This document shows, one piece after another, positions 29,795-44,194 of a stretch of DNA of 64,000 nt. The position numbers and the translations under genes are program-made. The stretch lies in NCBI GenBank assembly GCA_000165425.1, contig CT868671.1:315027-379026 (forward strand). Reading direction: 5' to 3'. The notes below the pieces were generated by a model. The model saw only the letters and a program-made list of their open reading frames with translations, was not told the origin of the DNA and did not search any database. How positions within the stretch are numbered: position 1 is the first letter of the stretch; each line of letters starts with the position of its first letter. This DNA comes from Paramecium tetraurelia. Taxonomy: Eukaryota.

Positions 29795-30649
29795 TCACTT
29801 AGGTGATCCCCAAGAAATTGGTTGAACTTATTCAGTTGTTGCTTCAACCTTCCATTCATTATTGTTACTACTTGTTTTCCATTCATTATTTCCACTTGAT
29901 TTCCATTCATTATTATTTCCACTAGTTTTCCAATCATTGTTATTTCCACTAGTCTTCCAGTCATTATTTCCACTTGTTTTCCATTCATTATTATTATTAG
30001 CAGCTGACTTCCATTCATTATTATTTCCACCTGATTTCCAATCATTATTATTCCCACTTGATTTCCAATCATTATTGTTTCCATTTCCTTGCTTATTATT
30101 CCAGTCTCCATTAGGATTACCTCCTCCATTCCTCTTGCCATCCTAATTCTATTTCCAATTATCTCCTTTCTAAAAGTTTCCTTTTCTACCATCTTTATTT
30201 TCCCAAGGTCTACTCCTATCATTACCTCCATTTTTATCGAAGCCACTTCTTCCATTTTCTTTATTCCCATAATCATTCCTTTAATTATCATTCCAACCCC
30301 CTTCTGTATTTCTCTTTTTAAATTTGTTATTTTGAAAATTATTATTTGACTCAAATTTTTAGTTGTAATTATTGTTTGGTTTATCATACTTTCCTGAATT
30401 CCAATCAACTTTCCCTTCAGGATCCTTTTGCTTATTCTCAACATTGTTAAGAATAGCCTTTAGAATGTCTGTTATACTCTTGTTCTCTGATTCTTTGGCA
30501 AACTCATCTAAAATATCCAGCAAGGTTATTTTCTACAAACTTGCAAATAGCTTATCTGTTTAGATCTTTTGGTTTCCGGTTTTGTTCTTATCATCTTGTT
30601 ATGATTCTGAAGGATAGGTTTTCTTTTTTATTGGCAACTAGTTTTCCAT
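29795..30649 (-). CDS. N/G-rich low-complexity protein with tandem Trp repeats (284 aa)
   Basis: Single exon MENQLPIKKK...ITLLDILDEFAK...(GNNN[DE]WK[ST]S)x9...ISWGSPK-TGA. Confidence 0.85.
29849..30082 (-). repeat. Coding tandem repeat, nine 24-30 bp units
   Basis: + strand units such as ttccattcattattatttccactag; encode NNN(D/E)WK(S/T)SG. Confidence 0.9.
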
Positions 30650-30690
30650 TTAAAAATAAATACTTTAAATTTAGTTAAATTAAATAATAA

Positions 30691-32690
30691 TCATTTTTTA
30701 GATTTCGATTTGCTCTTCTTCTCTTTAGATTTAGACTTAGATTTTGATTTCTTCGGCTTCTTTTCTTTAGTTTCTGCTCCAGAATCCTTAGTCTTATTAA
30801 CAGAAGTATCAGCAGTACTAGATTTTTTGACTTTTTATAACTGAGCCAACTCTTCTTTGGTGAATTACTTCTATCCATTGATCCAAATCCCTTTCTGTAA
30901 TCTCTGATCAGGCCAAATCATCAAACCTTTACCATGCATAATCCCATTCTTCCATCCTCCTTTGTATGTTCTACCATCTGGCCAACTGTACTCTCCATAC
31001 CCTTATCTTACATTGTTGACATATTCCCCTTTATAAGATTTTCCTTCCCCCCATATAAACTCTCCTTAGCCATGCATTTTCCCATCCTTCCATTCACCTT
31101 CGTATCTTCTTCCATCAGGCCAAGTTTAAGTTCCTTTTCCACAAATCTGTCCTTCTTTGAACATCCCTTCAAAAATACTCCCATCCACATATTCCAATCT
31201 ACCCTTTCCATCCTTTTTACCTGTTTTGAATCCTCCTACATATACATTCCCATCCCCTGTTTATTCTCTCCCTTCGCCACTCTGTTAATATTATAACTAC
31301 ATTTACCTTTTAATTCTTAAGCCATTTACCTTCATATGATGAGCCATCCTAATATACCAAAACTCCAACTCCTTCTCTTTCTCCATGAACAAATTCCCCT
31401 GCATAGTAATCACCATTCTAAAATATGTATCTACCATATCCTTGGAGAAAATCGTTAAGCCATTATCCTTCATAAAAAGCTCCATTAGAAAATATTTGTT
31501 TTCCAAATCCATGCCTTTTACCCATTTACCATGTACCTACATAAACATCTCCAGTATCAAGAATGATATATGGTCCTAACATTTCACAATTATTCATATC
31601 AACATTTATGTTTATAGGCTCCAATTAGGCTGATAATGCAACTACATGTTCATTTTCAATCTTTAAAACATCTGTATTTGATGGCACTGCCTTTTCTAAA
31701 CTTGGTTTATGATTTAGAACTTCTACTTCATTCTCAGGTACATTTTATTATTAGGACTTGATGAATTATTATTATTAATTGGGTGCAAAGGACATGATCA
31801 TTTACTCTCCTCTTGAAGATTGAAGGATGATTTATCGTTCCTAAGGAGGGGGAGGTGCTTGTTGTACTTCTTCAGGATTATCATCTACCAAAGAGATCGT
31901 ATCTTCTTGATGTTATTAAAAGAGTGGATTATCAAGCACTACCTATGATTTTGGTTATTCTGTTTTCGGAGATTGTTATATTAAGTTTGGATCCTCCTTT
32001 TATTCTACTATTTCTTATTCTAATTCTAATGGTTCTTCTTCTAATTCTTCGCATTCAGATTCAACATCTTGTTTTGGAGTTGCTAATGGTGTGATTTCTG
32101 CACTATCAAATGCTTCATATACTAATTCACCGTTTCCTTACAAATTTAATGGGGAAGGGAGAGGCTGAAATAGAACATCTTTTTCCCCTTTGGATAAATA
32201 ATCAACCAATTGCTTATTTGATTCTTACTATTTAGTTGGACTTTTATTTTTTTCCTTTTAGGATTGTCCTTATGTAAAAGACCTTTCTTATTTCTTCTCA
32301 ATTTCAAAAAGAGGAGGACTTGCTAGTTAGTTCTTATCAGCTGGTTGAAAGTTTAGTGATCTTTACTCTACATCGAGATTTAAGTTAGATGACTGATTTT
32401 AAGGATCATATAAGTTTAACTATGAATGATTATATAATATTTGTACCATTTACTGATGTATTTTCTGGTTTTCTAAGACCTATTGCCTTTATTGTTCTTC
32501 AGCCTCTAATTATCTTTTGAGCATACTTTCCTGCATATTATATATACATTACCTCTCCATTGTTTTGTCTTTGCCATTCCAATTCTTGTTGGGGATCCAT
32601 GTAGATGTGTCTATTTTCATAGAGTCTAATTTAGTCCATGGTGTTGAATTCCAATTAATGTTATTGTCCATGTTAAACACAAGTTCCCAT
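30691..32690 (-). CDS. MORN-repeat protein, probably N-acylated
   Basis: Starts MGTC; repeats YVGTWVNGQRHGFG, YEGQWLNDFLQGYG, YAGEFVHGEREGVG and others; short introns. Confidence 0.9.
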
Positions 32691-32733
32691 TATTATTATA
32701 TAAATATTTTATAAACAGATATAGTATCAAAAT

Positions 32734-33687
32734 TCAGTCATCCGAACTTTAATATTCTAATTTTCTCATGCCCTTATCAATAAATTGGTAAGCAATTTTA
32801 TTACTTAAGTTTGCTTTATTGACATCTTCTGTATTTAACAGTTAATGCTTTGAAGCTAATTTTTTTAATATTTAATTCTTTTGTTCTTCTTATTTCTTTT
32901 TTTCCTTTTCCTCGAGACATTCAAACTTATTCAATTAGTCAATCATCTCCTACTTCATTTATTTAATGTCTGAATATTTAGCAGTCCTATGAATTAGTTC
33001 TAAGACTTCTTATTCATATCTTATAAACTATAATAAATCTCTACTCTAAAAGTTTATATTTAATTCTCCATTGTCGTAAAATTCATCTATATCCTTATTG
33101 TCTTAATTCTATTCCAAAGACTTCAAGAATTACAGGTTAATTTTATCATCCTCATTATCAGTAGCACTTTGTTTTCTCGGATGAGTTATCAATGGTAAAC
33201 TAAGCCTGTTATTTAAGGGTGATTAAGTGCGTTTGAATGGAGATGCTTAATTTATATTCATATTTGTAAGTTTTGCAAGGGTTTCTTTCGCTTGTTGGAA
33301 TTATTGATTAATTTCTTCATCAAAAGATGATTCTATTGAACTGTCATTTGAAAATGAGACTTCCAATTTGAAAGGAGATTCTTTTCTCTATTGGTTTAGC
33401 TCAGATATTCTTATTTCTTTTGTGGACTAGGCTTAATTGCTCCTAATGGAAGGTTATGGAGAGGTTGTTCTCGATAGAGCATCATTTAACTTTACTTTCA
33501 ATTGATTAAATTGGTATTAGATTCTATCTTTAGGACTCTAATCCTATCTAATTCTTAATTCCGATCCTTTTCTTTGGCTATCTCTAAGAGGAATAGATAG
33601 ACTTCCATAGTTTTTTTATTATTGATGAATGATTAAAGATCGAGAAATAGAAGGACGAGTATATTCAGAAGGTTTAATTTAAATCAT
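32734..33687 (-). CDS. Hypothetical protein
   Basis: 954 nt, MIQIKPSEYTRPSISRS... to SSDD-TGA in code 6. Confidence 0.7.
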
Positions 33688-33725
33688 TTTATTTATAAAA
33701 ATGAAAGTCTAAATACAGATTAATA

Positions 33726-34313
33726 TCAAACTTAAGTACTTAGAAAAGTTTAAAATTTGGGGTTTGAGAGTCTACGAGCACCAATTTCCCAACATGATTT
33801 CTTTTATTATTACACTTGTTCTTCCATTTTTTTCATTTGCATCTAAAGCTGTAATAATTATGGATTGAGTTCTTGAGAATGAACAGTTTTTTTTCTGCTT
33901 TGGGATTTTTTGAGTCTTTAGAATGATAAGAAATTCCGAGGCAAAGTTTGTTTAGGAAAATCAGCAGTATTCCTATTCATCAACAACTCCTTTGACAGTT
34001 TAAAGTCACAATACTATTTTACAGGAGTAGCTATTAATAACTATTTCTAGGTTTAATTTATGCTCCTAACTCTGTTTCTTAAACATCTTATAGGAAAATC
34101 TGTTATAGTTGTTGCTGCTGTCTGTTTTGTTTAATTAGAATAACTGGTTTTTGTATTTGTTACTTTCTACTTTTCATCCTTGCCAGAATAAATCGTTGAA
34201 CTTCGATACTATTGATTTGATTTAAAAAGGGTTTACTGCGGAGACAAATTAAATTCCTGCCAAGGACTTACATCTTCGACATCAAATTCATCTTCGATAT
34301 AACATTATTACAT
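33726..34313 (-). CDS. Hypothetical protein
   Basis: MQQCYIEDEFDVEDVSPW..., in-frame TGA at 33726-33728. Confidence 0.65.
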
Positions 34314-34679
34314 ATAATTATAAATATTAAAATTCAGGTTTTGAATATCAACTGTTGATAGACAAACGCTTCATCTCTTATTACTCTCTTCCATAACTAT
34401 CAAGGTTAATAAATTAAATATATTATAAAACACTCAATTATTGATAAGTTTTTTATTGACTAGGCTTTAAAGAGCATCATATTAAATAATTTTATGGCAG
34501 TAATCCTATAATTAGTGTAATTATATCTTCATCCTATAAAATTCAAGATCAAGCACTAAATTTTTAATTATTCTGATTGTAAAATAAATTTATTAAGGGT
34601 TTTATTATATATCTTTATTTGTTCATTCTTGATTGAGATGTAAATCGTTTAATATATATATATTATTTATTCAAATATT

Positions 34680-35923
34680 TCAAAATATCTGGCATCCTGC
34701 ATTAAATTCGTGCTCATTAGCTTCATTTTCGATAAATACTATCTCCTCAACGAATTTCTTAGGTAAGTCAACTAACTTAAAACCATCACATTTTACATTT
34801 ATAACTTGGTTTATTAAACATATCCACTGGTTCCTACTTGAATTGTGATTCAGGCAATTTCTAACCTGATAATTGATATTGTTATTATTGAGTATATACT
34901 GGAGTTGTTGGTCTATATACTTATCCATTCTTAATTGATTCTGCATGGATTGAAGGAGGATTTTATGTTTTAATAGGTTCTACAGGTTTTTGAGTTTTGA
35001 TTTGATAATCTGAAGGCATCTTTGGCTCTTCAGTCTTTCTAGGTCCTACACTTAAGGATTCATTTTGGAGTGGATAGTTTAGAGTAGTTCTATTCAGTTG
35101 TGTATCCAAAGTAATTCTATCAGGATTGTAAGGAGTATATTGAGTTTGACTAGGTTAAACAAATGAATTACATAACTGATTAATTGGGTTATACTTATGG
35201 AATTGATCTATATGATGGTTGACGATCCTTTGGTTATTCAGGTATATTAAAATCATACTTCATTGGTTCAAATTTGTATTGTTCAAACTTATCATAAGTT
35301 TTAGGTTATTCAAAAGTAGTTTTATATTTATCGAATGGATTCAATTCATATTTTGTAAATGTGTTGTCTTATTTTGGTGGTTCATACACAGATTTATTTT
35401 GATAGTTAAGTGAACTGCCTATAGGTTCTTGAACTTGAGTGATAAATATATTAAATACATGTTGTATTGTACGCTATGATAAATAGTTCAAGTACCTGAC
35501 TAAATGTAAGATCCTGTACGACCAGCGTCTGGTTTTTTGTATTCAAAACTTTAGTAATTGAATTAAGTAATTGGCTATGCACTTACTTCTTAAGGTTTAT
35601 AAGTTTGAACTGTTCTAAAATTGAGAGTGTCCGTTTCTGGTTTCCGATAATCAAAATTCTCTTAAGTAAATTAACGTGAATTTTAAGCTTTCCAAATTAA
35701 CTAATTACATACAATTCAATTCATAGGAACCTTAAACCCCCAAAGTAAGCTAATTTTGGTATTATTATTTTTAATCTGTTTATTGTGGATCTGTGCTAGT
35801 GTTTCTTATTGATCTTGTTAATCGCTTAGTGGGTTCTTGTTCTGTGCCTGTGTCAAAAATGGCTCTTGCAGTTCCCATCTTTTAGCTTGTAGCCATGGGA
35901 CTTTGACTCCTACGATCTATCAT
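34680..35923 (-). CDS. Hypothetical Q/P/Y-rich protein with C-terminal CaaX-like CQIF
   Basis: MIDRRSQSPM..., several short introns (boundaries approximate), ends NAGCQIF-TGA. Confidence 0.65.
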
Positions 35924-35950
35924 ATTGTTAATAATTAAAATATAATAATA

Positions 35951-36738
35951 ATGTTAAGATTCATGACTTTCTATAGGTTTTCGAACATTACAACAGCAAG
36001 AGGGGCTCTCTTGAAAACAGTGTCCAAAGAGTACAAATACGAATTCCATCAATACGAATAAGAACCTTCATTAATGAAATAAATCAAACATCTAGGATAT
36101 TAATTGATAGATGATCCTAAAACCAATAAAGTTATTCTAAAGAAAGAATTTCCAACTGCTAAGATATCTATTGAATTCAGAGGCACACCTCCTCCTCTGG
36201 AAGGCAAAATGTAATGATTTTTAAAAACACTTTGTAATTAGAAAAATACCAAAGGAAGATTAATCCCTCTCTTAACATCCAAAATACCAAGACTAAATCT
36301 AAACTAAAACATAAGAGAAGAAAGAAGTATATGATTTAGGAACTCTCTCTGTGGATTATACGGTCCTAATCGAATCTGAAAAAGGAGAAGCTGTAGCCTT
36401 TGAATGCAATACAAGTATTACTTGAAAGGAATGAACTACAGGTAACCAGACTACTTTCATAAATTCCGTACAACCGGTCTATGATATCCAAGAGTACAAA
36501 ACACAATCCAAATATCGTAAATTCATAACCGACTATTCAGGACCAGAAATTAATAAATTAGATGAAGTTAAAATAATCATAAATTTTATAGCAATTAAAG
36601 CAATCTTTCTATACTTACCTAGAAAGCTTTGGCATTAATTAGTCATTTAATGCATTAATTGAGGCTTACTCCTTAGACAAAGAGTAAAGATCATACATGT
36701 AGTTTTTGAAATCAATGGAAAGGTTTTTAGCAATTTGA
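35951..36738 (+). CDS. Mitochondrial acidic matrix protein MAM33/C1QBP family
   Basis: Presequence-like MLRFMTFYRFS; C-terminal YSGPEINKLDEQLKQSFYTYLESFGIN...KEQRSYMQFL; short introns. Confidence 0.85.
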
Positions 36739-36814
36739 TAAATTTTATGATTATTAGTTATTCTTAATGATTGTTCCTAATATAATATTAATTAATATAA
36801 ATAAAATAATACGC

Positions 36815-37653
36815 ATGTTGTTACCTTATGAGCACACAGGAAATAAAAAATCAAACATTCTACTGATTTTCTTGCATGGATTTCCAGATTCAATGAGATT
36901 ATGGGATTGTATCTATTTATTGATAATTTAGAAACAATTACAGGAATTCAGAAATAGGATGTTCAAATACTTAACATATCTTATCCAAATTATCATGAAT
37001 CCTAAAATCTAAAATTTGGATTAGATTTCCCAGAAGTAGTTAAGAGAATTAGATCTACTATAGAGCATGTGGACAATGGATAGAATCTGAAAAAATTGTT
37101 GATCACTCATGATTGGGGAGCTTTCTATGGTTATCTTTATGACTAGAAATATCCACAAACAGTTGATGATATTATTGCTCTAGACGTAGGGGCATAAGTT
37201 GATCTGTCACTCAAACCAGGATTACTTATTGAATCCTATCAAATAACATTTGCCCTAGCATTCTTATTAACACTGATACCTATTGTAGGAGAATTCTTTG
37301 GAACTCTATTAGCCAAATTATACATGAAATTTATTCTAAGAATCCCAATTCCACAAAATTATACTGCCAAGATCAATTATCAATATTTCTATTTCTAGAA
37401 GAATTTGCTATTTCATTCCATCATCAACAAGTCTAAGAGGTTCTTATATAGATATAAGCCTTCTGTTCCAGTTGTATTTATATATGGAGAGAAAAAACCT
37501 TTTCATTTTCATAGTGCTAGATGGCAATTGACTCTATCATAAAATGCAGATTCAGAATTTATTGGAGCCAAAACAGGACATTGGGTCTAAGTCGAATAGG
37601 TTGATCTTGTTATCAATAAAATAATTGGTAGAATAGCAAGATTAAAGAAATGA
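36815..37653 (+). CDS. Alpha/beta hydrolase, epoxide-hydrolase-like
   Basis: FLHGFPD, nucleophile elbow HDWGA, catalytic GHWVQ; one intron. Confidence 0.92.
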
Positions 37654-37748
37654 GCTTAACAATATTAAAAACGACAAATAATTTATCATATATTAATTAA
37701 ATCTTCTTAATGTATAATAGATTATAAATAAATAAGATGATTGATTTA

Positions 37749-38723
37749 TCAAGTATTCACAATTCTTAAACCCATAATTTGTGGTTCAGGTTTAGAATCA
37801 TAAAATTCAGAACCAATCTTTGCTAATTCTTGAATATCTTTTTTAAAGTCTCTCTTCTATTCCATCATATCAGCTTCTTCTACACAGATGTCAGTTATAA
37901 TATTTTTAATAACGGGAGCAAGATAAGGTAATACTACTTTTTTAGTGACTGCTGGTCTTCTGATTTGCTTAGCTTTTTCTAAAAATCCCCTTTTATCCTG
38001 GGCTTCTTTCATTTTCATTTTGACAACAGAATTCCCCCATTTTTAATTAAAGAAATTCATTTGTTATTATCGAAGACGATTTCTTAATTATTCAGCTTAA
38101 TTATGGTAGTTCTTATAGTAAGTTTCATATGAGACAGTTGGCTTTTATTCAAATTATTCTAATTTTAAAGAAAGTCTATCTTTGCAATAACTATCCCGCA
38201 GACTTTCATTGAATTCTGTTCTGACTCTTAAATCTTCATATTGGCTGATTTCCTAAAATAATTAGAGTTATGGATATTCCTTCATGTCTACATTTTTAAA
38301 TTTATCTTTTAATATAGATGACAAATTTTCAACCTCTTTGCAAAGTTTGGGTTCATATTTTTCGAGATTCAGATGAGTTTGAGCTTTTTATAATAGAGCT
38401 ACCTTATTTCGATATTAAGTCTAAGGAGGTTTCTATTCGAACTAGAAGTAAGCAGGGTATTCAGATTTCCATTTTTTGAGTTTTAGTTTAGTTTTAATGA
38501 GGGTTTATTAACTTTCAAATAATGCTTATCTCTCTGGAGTTGGCTGTTCTTTGTTCATGTCTTTCAGTAAATCTGTGACTGTGAAAAATGTATCTAAGTT
38601 TTGAAAGTCTTTCATCCCTTCATCAAATCGTTCTTCTTTGTTTAATGATTAGATTCCAAGTTTTTAAGTTATCTTTTTAAACCTTTTGGATGTAGCTTTA
38701 GTCTGTTCTTTCTTAAATTCCAT
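37749..38723 (-). CDS. Hypothetical basic protein
   Basis: 975 nt, MEFKKEQTKATSKRF... to RIVNT-TGA in frame. Confidence 0.7.
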
Positions 38724-38773
38724 GTAAAAAATTGTAATAAAATTATGATAATAAAATTTAATATTCAATTGTT

Positions 38774-40930
38774 TCATTCAACATTTCTATGTTCATTGGA
38801 TGTTTAAATATTTTCATATGATTGAATGATTTATTAAATTTTCTGTTTGTTGGCACTGATGTTTTGTTTCCGTTATGTTTTTTATTACTACGAAGAATCT
38901 TTCATTCCAGGAAGAAAGTCCAAATAAGGAGATTGAAATCTAGCACTATCAAAATTTAACGTTGGTATATCTTCTTTTCTATTTCCTCTAACCTTCATAG
39001 ACTCTCCTCTAAGCTTTCCATTTTTCCTATTTTTTCTATCTGGAGACTGTTTACCACTTCTGGTATTTACTTTGATTCTTTTAGATTCCTTATATGATTT
39101 TTCCTCTTCCTCTTTGGATGTCTTCTAACTATTGTTCCTTCTAGCCACAGTTCCAACTTTGCTTCCAGTCCCAAATTTACTTCCTAGACCACTCCCTAAT
39201 GATTAGTTCACAGGAGATCTATTATTAATATTGCTAAGAGGTTGTAAGGGTAAAATTTTAGGAGTTATTCCTCTATCGAATTCTGCTTCTTATAAGTCTT
39301 GATTGAATGAAGATTTAAAGTTGCAGGCCTCCTCTTCATCAGGTTCTTCCCATTAATGAGGAATTTCATTTCTTTAGGATAATTCTGATCCTATTGGACT
39401 GATATTTTTTAAGAAATCAATTGGGTTGAATTAAGGAGGTGGACTATTAGCATCCTCTTTAAACTAAATCAAATCACAATTGATATTTTCTTTTTGATTT
39501 TCATCAAAATCTTGATTCTACATATAGATCTCCTGTTCCTATAATCTATTCTGCTGCTCTTCCTGATTTTATTTATTTTTCTAACTTGAATAGAATTGAG
39601 GTCTAGGCAAGTTGGGTTTAGGAGATCTGTTGGTGACTTTAGAATGATACAATGCTTCTAATTTTACTCTCTAAACCTTCTTCTTTTTAAATTGGTTGTC
39701 TTCTGGTTAAGTATCCATTTCAGTTTATTAATTTAAATTTTGCTTATTGTTATTCTACTCAGTATCAAGTGCCTAGTCAGAATCTAAGATTGGCAGTTCC
39801 TTTACATTTTCTATTATATCTAGTTTGGTATCCTCAATGGTACCAAGGTTAGCAGATGTAATTCTGAGAATTTAGTGTTTGTTTTGAATCAAATCATGAG
39901 TAGAGTTATGGTTAAGAATGTTTAAATTGGATTGATCCTTACTCATTCCACTAATATTCACATGGGTATCATTCATAATATATTTCTATGGACTCTTAGA
40001 AATCAACATCAAAGGTTTATAGAATTCTGCTAAAATTTGCATTTCTGTATAGACTTAATCAGGTCCTTACAAGATCCATTTCTAGGTTAATCTTTTAGAA
40101 TAGATAATGCAGAATGAAACTCTTAAGAGTTATTCTAAGAGTAATCCATAGAGCCAACTGAATGTAAATTCCCAATAAATGTCATTGATCTAAAATGACA
40201 ATAAAAAGCTTAGTCCAAAAAATGTTAGGCACCATTTTGGTTGAATGTTATGTTATAACAAATTATTATAGGATATAAGATTAGGATAATAATTTTAAGT
40301 TGTTTTAATTATATTGCCAATAAATTCTGATTATTACTCATCTCTTTATTTATCTATTTCTTCATTTACTTCCTAGTTGGTTTATTTATTTATTTTAAAT
40401 AATTCCCTTAATTTTTCAAGTTTTAAACAGGTTTCATGCATATGTTAATCAAGATTTTATTTTGGTTTATAAAATATACTAATCATCAAATTTAAACCGC
40501 TAAATATCACTAAACCTCCTATAAATACTCCCATATTTTATATTTTAAATGAAATGTATGCTGATAATTAATAAAATATAAGTGGTAACAATAATAAATT
40601 CCAATGAAATTATTAGTTTCTACAGGTAAATAATTGCCATTCTTTCTTGAAAAATGTCACAAAATGAAATAGGTGAGTATAATTTAAAAGAGTATACTAA
40701 AGAAAGAACTTTTAAAGGAACCAAAATTATTAAATGATGTGTTCATTCCTTGGTGTGGAAATGGATTATTATTCATTATCCTATTCATTAAACTATGGCA
40801 AATCAGTGATCTGTTGATCTTTTAACACTTTTTCCCAAAATTGTTTTTTGTCTAATCAATCACAACATATTGTACTTTAACTATAATTGATTGGTGTTTG
40901 TTTTATAGGCATTTTTTTCTTAATCATCAT
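38774..40930 (-). CDS. Hypothetical transmembrane protein with long disordered tail
   Basis: MMIKKKMP..., hydrophobic WNLLLLPLIFY and GVFIGGLVIFSGLNLMISIF segments; two introns; TGA at 38774-38776. Confidence 0.65.
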
Positions 40931-41372
40931 ATAACATATGAATATTAGGATATTCTCTACCATCATAAAAATAGCTGAATTCGAATACATTTCTCTTTTT
41001 TATTCAAATTTAAATTGCTTAATGAAATAAATATATATGTCACTTATTAACGATAATAAATCAAGAAATTAGAAAATAATAATTTATATACATTATATTT
41101 CAATTTCAAATCATGAAACTTTAAAATAGTTCTATGGTGATATATGGAATTCTAAAATTGATTAATAAGTCTTAGTAGAATCATAGAATGGGGGTGGGTG
41201 AATTTTTAAAATTTGCCTTATTATTCTGTAATTAATGATTAATAAGGGAAACTTAAAATATCTGTATAAGATTTGAGTATTGATTATATACTATATATAA
41301 GAAGATAAAGTGGGCAGAGTATTAAATTTATTTTAAGTTCTATTTAAGAATAAAAACGACAATAATCAACAA

Positions 41373-44064
41373 TCATTAGTTCTTTCTTAAAGATTTACTA
41401 AATACATTTTCTATAATTTCATCATCATCTAAATATTCCCTAATTTTAATGGCCATCACTTTCACATAATAATTAAAAGTGTATTTTTATAACTTTAATA
41501 ACTTTCGAATATATTTGGGTTTTTGATTTAATTCCTTAATCACCTATTTAAAATTGTTATGCTTCATATATATTTCGTATTCTTAAATTGAATCTATATC
41601 TAAATAATGGAATTGTAGTTAATCAATGAAGCTATCTAACATATTCCATTTGGTTATACCTTTGGATTCATGGATATTCTTTGGTGGGCTATTATGATTA
41701 GAAATAGTTAATTAATTTTAATTCACTTTTATATTGTATTTGTCCTTAGAAGATTAAATAACAGACTGTCTACAGAACCCAAAATGATTTTAATTAATTG
41801 ATAATCTTGAAGTTCTAGTCATCATCTATGGGTTTTTTGGTACCAAATTTATGTTTTTCATGCTTTATTGATTTTCATTAATAGGATATAGTTATTCTTC
41901 ATTGAGTGAATTAGTCTATATTTCACTTTATAGATTATCCTCTACCTAATCTATTCCATTGATTTCTTAATACTCCTTAATGTTATCAAAGGTTTCTTTT
42001 TGCAATACCAACGAATTTTTCTTTTTTTAAATTCCTCTTTTGAATGGCTATCTCTCTTAATATTAGGGATACAGCTCTTCCTTCTTTAATCTAGATTCCA
42101 TATCTGGTTGATATGATAACATGGGGCATAGATAAAAGATGTGAGAAATCTTTTTACAAAATTTACAAGTGATCATAAGATCGCTGTAATCATTATATAA
42201 CAAGATTTTATCTTTGATTTAATGAAATTTTTCCTAATCTTTTTTTACATCCTATAGAATCTTTAGTAAAGTCTCCCTTTTAATTTTAGCAATAATTGAG
42301 AAACCACTACTTATGGCTGACACTTTAGGATTGAAACCAGTAAAAAATTAAAACTCACCAAACACTTCTCCTTGTTTCAACTACTGAATATTCTATTGGC
42401 TCTACTCCTCCATAATATTTACAGAACCTTGATAGACATAATATCTGATATAGAATTAATATGAATATTTACATTTCAATATTTTGATTGGTATCCTAAT
42501 GATATATGTATTCTCCAGGTGTGTAACTAGCTAATTCGATTTTATCAATCAATTCTGATTTGGTCCATTTTGTGAATTAGTCAAACACTTTAATCTTCTG
42601 CAAAATTCTGTTGTTAATATTCTGAGTGATTTCTTATTCAATGCCTTTTGGTAATTATTTGAGTATTTGGATGGCATCTTTTGAAATTTCATTATACTCA
42701 TTCTCAATCTGATATTTTAGATAATTCCTAACTTTATCCTAAATGTGATTGGATATATCATTCTTCTTCATATACTAATTAAGAATGATGGCTCTCTTTC
42801 TAATGATATTTCAATAGTATACTTATAATTGACTTTCTTATCATTAATATTTTTGAGTATGATTCCAATCGAATTCATAGAATATGCAAAAACACAACTT
42901 GATAAAAACATAGCAATATCACAAAAAATCATTTCTGTCTAATTTTTTGGAGTAATATCACCATATCCAACAGTTACCATGGTCATAGTTGCCCAGTAGA
43001 ATGAAGTACTATATTTAATCCAGATATCTTGGTTTGATAATTCATAATAAGTTATCCAGGATCCGTTTTCTTCTTAAAGCAATCCGCAATATAACCAACA
43101 ACATGCTATAAAATGGGCAAAATAGTATATTGAAATAATTAGTGTGATGAGATCCAATAGATCGCTAGGAATTGAGAGTTAATATAATGTGTCAATTAGA
43201 TTATCATATTATTATAATATCCTTCCAATTATGACTGCCAGCAATATGAGCAATAGGATGGCTCCATTATTTTGTAAAAAGTTCTTGTTGAATGATATGT
43301 AAACACATATTATGATTTCTAGTGAATATAGAAAAGATGATTGTTTAACAAAATTTTAAAATATAATTGATCGATCTTCTATAATCAGACCTTGTATTAT
43401 GATTGCTCTATTGAGTGAGAATATGAGTTCTAAAACAAGGAAGACGGTTATAAATAGAATAATTTGAGCTTGATTATCATCTACATTAGTAAATACAGCC
43501 ATAATGGAAATTATCCATAAAGCCATTAATTGAACGATGATGCTCATCATGTCAAAGATTTATGAAATGGGACTTGAGGGTGAAATAAGAGGGATTTATT
43601 TACTTTGATGGTTTCTTTCTATAAAATTGAAAAACGATTATACTTTTTGAGTCGTTCTAAACAACAGTGTTTGTATACTTTTCTTGCTTTTAAAACTGCT
43701 CCTATGATTTCTTAGGAAGTATATAAGCATTTAAGAATAGATTTGTCTTAAATCTTTACACAATCCCCATAGTTTTTGTGACTTTTAAAAATTTAACAAT
43801 TTAAGAAGTTTGAGCTTTCGGTCTCATTGTTTATTGCAACTATATAATATGTTATTTATCTAATGTGTTGAAAGAATTTTAGTATGTAATCTTCTTCCTT
43901 TGCCAATTTTAAGGCGAGTTTTCTCTAAAGGGAGATAACAATTCTTCTGATTATAGTGAAATATTGGATTCAGGCGTCTCTTTATAACAGACCTTAGCAT
44001 TTGTAGTTTATTGTTTAGGTCCGAAAGATAAGTTGAAGTTATGAATCGCATTATCTTGCAACAT
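41373..44064 (-). CDS. Cyclic-nucleotide-binding-domain K+ channel (KCNH/HCN-like)
   Basis: Pore SFYWATMTMVTVGYGDITPKN, S6 SSCVFAYSMNSIG, C-linker and CNBD (GECFGE); several introns. Confidence 0.93.
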
Positions 44065-44194
44065 TTAATTTTATTATTTATAATATTATATCAAGTATAG
44101 TTATATGCTCGAGAGATTAAGAAATTACTTTTGGATTTGTACATATTAAAAGTATTCATTAGGATATAATTATTATTAAAATCATTTAATAATA

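Noticed and set aside
29849..30082. Repeat array resembling CRISPR or a minisatellite
   Set aside because: No unique spacers; units vary by whole codons and lie in frame within a CDS.
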